From an uncultured Phycisphaerales bacterium (GTDB lineage Bacteria > Planctomycetota > Phycisphaerae > Phycisphaerales > UBA1924), in assembly GCA_937974035.1 (NCBI GenBank), contig CALJIV010000049.1, forward strand, positions 10,638 through 74,637: 64,000 nucleotides of DNA, written 5' to 3'. Below the pieces are notes generated by a model. It was not told the origin of the DNA and ran no database searches. It was given only the letters and a program-made list of their open reading frames with translations. The stretch's first letter is position 1, and each line of letters begins with the position of its first letter. Both the position numbers and the translations under genes were made by a program. Of this stretch, positions 41,634 through 48,015 are shown piece after piece.

Positions 41634-43718
41634 ATGCCCAGCTGGACTCAAGCATCCCGCAAAATCGCCATCGCCACCCCCCTGGGCGACGACGTGCTCA
41701 TCCTCCAGAGCTTCAAGCTGGTGGAGGAGATCAGCCGCCCATTCGTGGTCGAGGCCAAGCTCTACAGCGAGGAAGTCGATCTCGAGTTCGAAGCCATCGT
41801 CGGCGAGAACGTCACCATCCGCATGGAGACGGATCAGGGCGACACGCGCTTCATCAACGGCTACGTATCCCGCTTCGCGCAGGGCAGCGGCGATTCCGCG
41901 AACATCTACTACGCCACCATCGTCCCCTGGCTCTGGTTCCTGACCCGCTCCGCCGACTGCCGCATCTTCCAGAACAAGTCGATCCCCGAAATCATCAAGG
42001 AGGTCTTCGCCGACTTCGGCTGCAGCGAGATGGTCGAAGACGCCCTCACCGGCGACTACCAGAAGCTTGAGTACGTCGTCCAGTACCGGGAGACCGCCTT
42101 CAACTTCGTCTCCCGCCTCATGGAGCACGAGGGCATTTACTACTTCTTCCAGCACGAGGACGGCAAGCACAAGCTCGTCCTCGCCGACTCCCCCAGCGCC
42201 CACACCGAGGTCGAGAACTACGAGACGGTGCCTTGTCAAGCCGGCGACCACATGGACCTGCAGGGCATCACCGAGTGGTCGCTGGAGAAGCGGGTCATGC
42301 CCGGCCGCCACGCCCTCCTCGACTTTGACTTCAAGGTTCCCGGCAAGGACCTCAACGCGGAGAAGGAGCTGAAGGCCAAGCACGCCTTCGCCGACATGGA
42401 AGTCTTCGACTATCCCGGCGACTACATCGAGAAGGTGCAGGGCGACGCCCGTGCCGCCGTGCGCATCGAAGAGCTGGCGATGCACCACTGCATCGGCCGG
42501 GCCAAGTCCGACGCCCGCGGCCTGACCGTCGGCTGCAAGTTCACCCTCTCCAACCCGCCCCGGCCGGATCATGAGGGCGATTACGTCATCACCTCCATGG
42601 TCTGCGAGGTCACCGAGGACTCCTTCGGCCAGCGCACCAACATTCCCACCGAGCTGTTCAAGAGCCGGTTCACCTGCATCCCGGCCGACGTGCAGATCCG
42701 TCCCCGCCGCATCACGCCGAAGCCCATCATCAACGGGCCGCAGACCGCGATCGTCACCGCGCCCGACGGCGAGGAGATCATGACCGACGAGTTCGGTCGC
42801 GTGAAGGTGAAGTTCCACTGGGACCGCTTCAGCGCCTCCGACGACACCAGCTCATGCTGGATTCGCGTCGCGCAGCTCTGGGCCGGGAAGAAGTGGGGGG
42901 CCATGTTCATCCCCCGCAAGGATCAGGAGGTCATCGTCGAGTTCCTCGAGGGCGACCCGGACCGGCCCATCATCACGGGGCGCGTCTACAACGGCGAGTG
43001 CATGCCGCCCTACCCCCTGCCCGAGAGCAAGACCATCTCCACCATCAAGAGCAACACCAGCAAGGGCGGCGAGGGCTTCAACGAGCTGCGCTTCGAGGAC
43101 AAGCAGGGCAGCGAGCAGATCTACATCCATGCCCAGAAGGACATGGAGATCGAGGTCAAGAACGACCGCAAGGTCAAGATCGGCAACGATCACCACGAGA
43201 TCATCGTCAACGACAGCCACACCGAGATTCAGCACAACCGCTCGATCAAAGTCGACAACGACCACATGGAGGAGATCGGCAACGATCGCAACCTCAAGGT
43301 CAACGGCAAGGAGGCGGTGAAGATCATCGGCAGCCAGTCGGTGCAGGTGGACGGCGACGTGCACCAGGAGATCGGCGGCGATCATAACGTGCAGTGCGCG
43401 AAACAGATCTCCATCAAGGCCGACACGCTCGTGATCGAGTGCAACTCAAACATCACGCTGAAGGTCGGAAACTCCTACATCGCCATCGACAGCAGCGGCA
43501 TCAACATCAGCACCGGCGACTTCACGGTTGAGACCTCCAAAGCGACCAAGATCAAGGCGAGCATGGATTGCAAGATCGAGGCCGCCTCGGCCTTCGAGGC
43601 CAAGGGCGGCACGGTCAAGGTCGAGTCCGACGGCCCCGCAGACTTCAAGGGTTCGGTCGCCACGTTCGAGGGCTCGGGCACCTGCCTCGTCAAGGGCGGT
43701 TCGGTCATGATCGGGTAA
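41634..43718 (+). CDS. vgrG: T6SS spike protein VgrG (TssI)
   Basis: 694 aa. The gp27-like N-terminus is SFKLVEEISRPFVVEAKLYS. A gp5-like OB fold and repeats follow (GRVYNGECMPPYPLPE; repeated HxEIxxD/N beta-helix rungs). The protein ends KGGSVMIG. Confidence 0.95.
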   Translation: MPSWTQASRKIAIATPLGDDVLILQSFKLVEEISRPFVVEAKLYSEEVDLEFEAIVGENVTIRMETDQGDTRFINGYVSRFAQGSGDSANIYYATIVPWLWFLTRSADCRIFQNKSIPEIIKEVFADFGCSEMVEDALTGDYQKLEYVVQYRETAFNFVSRLMEHEGIYYFFQHEDGKHKLVLADSPSAHTEVENYETVPCQAGDHMDLQGITEWSLEKRVMPGRHALLDFDFKVPGKDLNAEKELKAKHAFADMEVFDYPGDYIEKVQGDARAAVRIEELAMHHCIGRAKSDARGLTVGCKFTLSNPPRPDHEGDYVITSMVCEVTEDSFGQRTNIPTELFKSRFTCIPADVQIRPRRITPKPIINGPQTAIVTAPDGEEIMTDEFGRVKVKFHWDRFSASDDTSSCWIRVAQLWAGKKWGAMFIPRKDQEVIVEFLEGDPDRPIITGRVYNGECMPPYPLPESKTISTIKSNTSKGGEGFNELRFEDKQGSEQIYIHAQKDMEIEVKNDRKVKIGNDHHEIIVNDSHTEIQHNRSIKVDNDHMEEIGNDRNLKVNGKEAVKIIGSQSVQVDGDVHQEIGGDHNVQCAKQISIKADTLVIECNSNITLKVGNSYIAIDSSGINISTGDFTVETSKATKIKASMDCKIEAASAFEAKGGTVKVESDGPADFKGSVATFEGSGTCLVKGGSVMIG

Positions 43719-43733
43719 CAGGAGGGAGAAGCC

Positions 43734-44138
43734 ATGGCAAGCCCGAAGTCTGTCAAGGAACCCTCCATCGTCGCGCCGGCGGAGCCCGTCGCGCCCGAGG
43801 AGCCGGTGGTCGCCGATCCCGGCGAAGCCGCGAAGATCCAGATGGCCAAGGCCGAGCGCCAGGCCGCGTCCCTCACAGAGCAGAAGGTCAAGCCCTTCAA
43901 GCCCCGCGAGCAGCCCGAGTCCGGCGAAGAGGTCAAGACGACCTGGATCGAGATCGAGCTTGTGGACATGGACGACAAGCCCATCCCCGGCGAGCCATAC
44001 CGCATCACCATGCCCGACGGCAGCGTCCACACCGGAACGCTCGACGACAAGGGCTTCGCCCGTGTCGAAGGCCTCGAGCCCGGAAGCGTGAAGGTCACCT
44101 TCCCCAAGCTCGACAAAGACGCCTGGGAGCCCGCCTGA
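43734..44138 (+). CDS. hypothetical VgrG-adjacent protein (134 aa): disordered N-terminus plus ~55-aa prealbumin/CarboxypepD_reg-like beta-sandwich module
   Basis: The C-terminus WIEIELVDMDDKPIPGEPYRITMPDGSVHTGTLDDKGFARVEGLEPGSVKVTF has the x-D-x-x-G-x-P...G...TD-x-x-G-x-F...L-x-P-G pattern. Gene starts 15 nt after vgrG. Confidence 0.6.
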   Translation: MASPKSVKEPSIVAPAEPVAPEEPVVADPGEAAKIQMAKAERQAASLTEQKVKPFKPREQPESGEEVKTTWIEIELVDMDDKPIPGEPYRITMPDGSVHTGTLDDKGFARVEGLEPGSVKVTFPKLDKDAWEPA

Positions 44139-44141
44139 GCC

Positions 44142-44753
44142 ATGCCTACGCACCGCGTCAGCCAGGGCGAGTGCGCGTTAAGCATCGCCGACCAATACGG
44201 GTTCTTCTGGAAGACCGTCTGGGATCGTCCGGAGAACGAGCAGCTCCGCCGCCTCCGCGGCGATCCCAACGTCCTGCAGGAAGGCGACGAAATCTTCATT
44301 CCCGAAAAGGAGATCAAGGAAGTCTCCTGCGCCACCGAGCAGAAGCACCGCTTCCGCCGCAAGGGCGTCCCCGGCAAGCTTCGCCTCCGCGTGCTCGTGG
44401 ACGACGAGGCCCAGGCCAACACCGACTACGTCCTCATCATCGACGGCCGCTCGCGCAACGGCAAAACCGACTCCGACGGCTTCCTTGAGGAGTCCATCCC
44501 CGCGGGGGCCGTCGAGGGCGAGCTGCGCATCAAGACCAAGGGCGTCGAGCGCCGCTTCTACCTCGCCCTGGGCGCTCTCAACCCCATCGACACCGACATC
44601 GGCGTCCGCCAGCGCCTGCAGCAGCTCGGCTACAACGTCGATGCCGACTTCGAAGGCGCGGTGAAGCGCTTCCAGACCCTCCATGATCTTGAAGTGAGCG
44701 GCCGGGTGGACGACGCCTTCCGCCAGAAGCTCAAGGAGGTCTTCGGCCAATGA
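44142..44753 (+). CDS. LysM-like / beta-sandwich / PG_binding_1-like three-module protein with no signal peptide (203 aa)
   Basis: N-terminus HRVSQGECALSIADQYGFFWKTVWDRPENEQLRRLRGDPNVLQEGDEIFIP is LysM or phage tail-X-like. The C-terminus RQRLQQLGYNVDADFEGAVKRFQTLHDLEVSGRVDDAFRQKL is PG_binding_1-like. Confidence 0.7.
   Translation: MPTHRVSQGECALSIADQYGFFWKTVWDRPENEQLRRLRGDPNVLQEGDEIFIPEKEIKEVSCATEQKHRFRRKGVPGKLRLRVLVDDEAQANTDYVLIIDGRSRNGKTDSDGFLEESIPAGAVEGELRIKTKGVERRFYLALGALNPIDTDIGVRQRLQQLGYNVDADFEGAVKRFQTLHDLEVSGRVDDAFRQKLKEVFGQ
44312..44368 (+). repeat. 57-nt perfect direct repeat, copy A
   Basis: gatcaaggaagtctcctgcgccaccgagcagaagcaccgcttccgccgcaagggcgt is identical base for base to 47526..47582. 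The flanking coding sequence of the two paralogs is clearly diverged. Confidence 0.9.
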
Positions 44754-45277
44754 TCTTCGAGCACATCGCCAGGCTCTTCCACGGAGCCAGCGCGCACAAC
44801 ACCCTCAACATCCGCACGATGGAGCTTTACTTTCAGAAGTCTCCGGGCGTGCCCGAGGGTGATTCCCGCGGCATCAGCGGCCTGGAATACCGCGTCCTTA
44901 CCGACGGCCGTGAGACCCAGTCCGGCACCACCGAGGAAGACGGCCTCATCGCCGTCCAGTGCCGCCCCAACACCGAGACCGTTCTGGAGCTGCTCGTCTC
45001 CGGTTCTCCCGTCGCTCAGTACCGCCTTACCTTCCGCGACGAGCCTTTCGAGCCCGCCGGCGAGCTCATCGGCGTGCAGCGCCGCCTGCGCACGCTCGGC
45101 TATCAGCTCGGCACCAGCGGGCCCACCCGCGACGGCGTGGACGGCACGATGGGCCGCCGCACCGACAAGGCCATCCAGGACTTCCAGATCGACGCCGGGC
45201 TCTCGTTTGATTCCGTGGTGGGCGATCAGACCCGGAGGGCCCTGAACGACGCCGTGGGAGGGAGTGCGCAGTCATGA
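44750..45277 (+). CDS. beta-sandwich / PG_binding_1-like protein (175 aa)
   Basis: C-terminus QRRLRTLGYQLGTSGPTRDGVDGTMGRRTDKAIQDFQIDAGLSFDSVVGDQTRRAL is a typical putative peptidoglycan-binding domain pattern. ATGA overlaps link it to both neighbours. Confidence 0.7.
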   Translation: MIFEHIARLFHGASAHNTLNIRTMELYFQKSPGVPEGDSRGISGLEYRVLTDGRETQSGTTEEDGLIAVQCRPNTETVLELLVSGSPVAQYRLTFRDEPFEPAGELIGVQRRLRTLGYQLGTSGPTRDGVDGTMGRRTDKAIQDFQIDAGLSFDSVVGDQTRRALNDAVGGSAQS

Positions 45278-46434
45278 TCGACGTTGTCGCCACCGACGAA
45301 TGGCGGATCGTTGTCCCCCTCAGGTTTCGCCGCTGGAACCACGGCCAGCTTCCGCACATCGACTCTCCGGAAATCGACGACCGCGGCTACAAGATGGGCA
45401 CGCGCCCGTCCTCCTGGGGATCCACCGACGTCCGCGGCCCGACCTTCGGCGTGGTCAAGGGTGATTCCGTCCGCGTCGCCGTCGTCGCCGAGGACATCGA
45501 CGAAAGCGCCCCGCTCTACGCCAGCAGCTCCAGCCCCTCCATTCTCAAGGTGAACGCGACCAACGGCGGCCCGCTCCCGTCCAGCGGTGAGCTTTGGGTC
45601 ACCGGCATGGCGCAGGGCACCGCCGCGCTGCGCATCCACCTCGGCTCGGCGAGCGGGCCGATCCTCGCCGAGGCCGACGTCCGCGTGCACCGGCTGCTGC
45701 GCGTCACCCTCACGCCCCACATCGTGCGGATCGACTCGACCACCACGACGGGTGTGAACCCGGCCATGCCCATCGACGACATGGTGCGCCGCCTGCGGGC
45801 GATCTGGCGGCCCTGCGGCATCGACTTCCGCATCGCGCCCACGGTCGCCGACAGCGTCCGCCTGCCCAGCAACCGCGTGAACTTCATGGACATCAACACA
45901 GGCACGTGGCTCCAGGAGGTCCGCACCCTGCTGGGCCTCCAGCGCACGCGCCTGAGCCTGCCCGCGGGCACGCGCGACGAGTCCATCAACTGGTACATCA
46001 TCCAGGAGTTTGCTCCCAACGCCAACGGCAACACGGTCGTGGGACTGGGCATCTCGCGTCAGACCGCCGACCAGTGGGGCGTTGACGACACCGGCATCAT
46101 CGTCGCCGCCCAGGCGCACGGCTCGCCGCGAGATCCCGAGTTCACAGCCCGCACGCTCGCCCACGAGGTCGGCCACTTCTTCCGGCTCGCGCATGTGCAG
46201 CGACGCAACGCCGACAACCCTGTCAAGGACACCTACGGCCGCCGTCAGCTCATGTACCCGCTGTCCAATATCACCGGCGGCACCAACGGCATCGCCGTTC
46301 CCCGCTTCAACGACGTGGGCTACGGCGACACCGTCCGCGGCTGCCTGCTCACCATGAAGAACCACGCGCGCCACAGCAGCGACGGCGAGTGCGCCACCGC
46401 ACGCAACGCCATCCACTCCAACAACTGGTTCTGA
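45274..46434 (+). CDS. metzincin-type zinc metalloprotease with N-terminal Big_2-like Ig domain (386 aa); candidate T6SS effector
   Basis: HEVGHFFRLAH gives the H-E-x-x-H-x-x-x-x-x-H spacing of metzincins. A Met-turn-like QLMYP lies 19 residues later. ILKVNATNGG...WVTGMAQGTAALRIHLG resembles a Big_2 domain. No signal peptide. Confidence 0.7.
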   Translation: MIDVVATDEWRIVVPLRFRRWNHGQLPHIDSPEIDDRGYKMGTRPSSWGSTDVRGPTFGVVKGDSVRVAVVAEDIDESAPLYASSSSPSILKVNATNGGPLPSSGELWVTGMAQGTAALRIHLGSASGPILAEADVRVHRLLRVTLTPHIVRIDSTTTTGVNPAMPIDDMVRRLRAIWRPCGIDFRIAPTVADSVRLPSNRVNFMDINTGTWLQEVRTLLGLQRTRLSLPAGTRDESINWYIIQEFAPNANGNTVVGLGISRQTADQWGVDDTGIIVAAQAHGSPRDPEFTARTLAHEVGHFFRLAHVQRRNADNPVKDTYGRRQLMYPLSNITGGTNGIAVPRFNDVGYGDTVRGCLLTMKNHARHSSDGECATARNAIHSNNWF

Positions 46435-47307
46435 ATGCTTCTCGCCGCCCTCTTCATCCCCCTTGTCGCACTTGCTCAGCCTCAGTCCGCACCGCCTCCC
46501 CACAGGAATACACCCGCCCAGAGGGCTACGCCCATGACCCCAGAAACTCTCACGGCACAGGTCCAAAGCGGAGCCTCCGACGCCATCGCCACCGCGTCCA
46601 AGATGGGCGCGTCCGCCGTGCCCACCCTCAAGAAGCTGCTCGAGGACCCCGACCCCGACGTGCGCCTCATGACCATCCGCTGCTTCGATGCCGTCGGCGG
46701 CGACGACGCCATCGAGGCGGGCGTGCGCTCCCTGCTCGACGAAGACTCGCAGGTCGCCTCCCGCGCCGCGGTCCTGCTCCACAACCACCCGCCCCGCGGC
46801 CAGGGCGCCAAGCTCTTCGCGGCGTTCAACCACTCGACCGAGGTCGCCGTGCGCGTGGAAATCCCCAAGATCGCCGGCCGCATCGGCGATGAAAACGACA
46901 TCCGCCTCTGGACCACCGCGCTGCCGCTGGTGAAGGAGCCCGAAGTCCGCGACGGCGTCCAGATCGGCCTCGCGAAGATGGGGCACGAGCCCTCGCGCGA
47001 CTGGTTCAAGCTGCAGCTCGCCGCGGCGGACGGCCCGCCCGCGCTGCCTTGGCTCGAAGCCGCGGAGTACATGGCCGATCCGTGGGTCGTCCCCACGCTG
47101 GCGAAGCTCCTGGACAAGCGCTCGGAGGTCTACACCGCGGCGGCGGACTTTGAGCCGGTGCAGGTGCGCGTCTGTGATATTGCCGCGTACGTCATCTTCA
47201 CCATCACCAAGCACAAGGTTGAGTTCCGCGTCTCCAAGCGCCGTTACCTGGAGACGGAGATCGACGAGGCCCGCAAAGCCGCGGCGCAGCCGCCCGCGGC
47301 ACCCTGA
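46435..47307 (+). CDS. secreted HEAT-repeat protein (290 aa); candidate immunity protein
   Basis: Signal peptide MLLAALFIPLVALAQPQ. HEAT-like repeats are visible (DPDPDVRLMTIRCFDAVG, DEDSQVASRAAVLL, EPEVRDGVQIGLAKMG). The ATG abuts the stop of the metzincin gene (TGAATG). Confidence 0.65.
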   Translation: MLLAALFIPLVALAQPQSAPPPHRNTPAQRATPMTPETLTAQVQSGASDAIATASKMGASAVPTLKKLLEDPDPDVRLMTIRCFDAVGGDDAIEAGVRSLLDEDSQVASRAAVLLHNHPPRGQGAKLFAAFNHSTEVAVRVEIPKIAGRIGDENDIRLWTTALPLVKEPEVRDGVQIGLAKMGHEPSRDWFKLQLAAADGPPALPWLEAAEYMADPWVVPTLAKLLDKRSEVYTAAADFEPVQVRVCDIAAYVIFTITKHKVEFRVSKRRYLETEIDEARKAAAQPPAAP

Positions 47308-47310
47308 GCC

Positions 47311-48015
47311 ATGCCCGACACCAACGCTTCATCCAACCCCCGCGCCCCCGTCGGCGAGGGCAACTACGTTGTCGCCCACGGCGATTGCATGGCCAGCATC
47401 GCCGAGGCCCACGGCCACTTCTGGGAAAAGCTCTGGAACCTTCCCGAGAACCGCACGCTCAAGAACACACGCAAGGACCCCAACGTCCTGCTCCCCGGCG
47501 ACAAGGTCACGATCCCCGATATCGTGATCAAGGAAGTCTCCTGCGCCACCGAGCAGAAGCACCGCTTCCGCCGCAAGGGCGTGCCCTCGAAGCTCCGCCT
47601 GACGATCCTGGAGTTCAACGAGCCGCTCAAGAACCAGCCCTTCCGCCTCATCCTCGAGAACGGCAGCACGAAGAAGGGCCACACCGACAGCGAAGGCAAG
47701 CTGGAGGTTGCCATCCCGCCCCGGGCACGACGCGCCAAGCTCATCGTCGGCCCCGCGGACCGCGAGCGCCACTACGACCTTGATCTGGGCGGCCTCGATC
47801 CGGTGACCACCATCCGCGGCCAGAAGCAGCGGCTCAACGCCCTCGGCTTCGCCGCGGGCAGCGAGGATGACTATTCCAGCGAGGAGTTCATCGAAGCTGT
47901 GCGCAAGTTCCTCGCCGAAGCGGAGCTTGAAGTGAAGGACGAGCTCGACGACGCCGCCCAGGACAAGCTCGAAGACTGGTACCGCAAGTCGAACGTGGGG
48001 GAGCGCCGTGGGTGA
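47311..48015 (+). CDS. second LysM-like / beta-sandwich / PG_binding_1-like protein (234 aa), paralog of 44142..44753
   Basis: NYVVAHGDCMASIAEAHGHFWEKLWNLPENRTLKNTRKDPNVLLPGDKVTIP parallels the first copy. It shares the segment KEVSCATEQKHRFRRKGVP. The C-terminus is QKQRLNALGFAAGSEDDYSSEEFIEAVRKF. No signal peptide. Confidence 0.7.
   Translation: MPDTNASSNPRAPVGEGNYVVAHGDCMASIAEAHGHFWEKLWNLPENRTLKNTRKDPNVLLPGDKVTIPDIVIKEVSCATEQKHRFRRKGVPSKLRLTILEFNEPLKNQPFRLILENGSTKKGHTDSEGKLEVAIPPRARRAKLIVGPADRERHYDLDLGGLDPVTTIRGQKQRLNALGFAAGSEDDYSSEEFIEAVRKFLAEAELEVKDELDDAAQDKLEDWYRKSNVGERRG
47526..47582 (+). repeat. 57-nt perfect direct repeat, copy B
   Basis: Identical to 44312..44368 and in the same reading frame, encoding IKEVSCATEQKHRFRRKGV. 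Confidence 0.9.
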
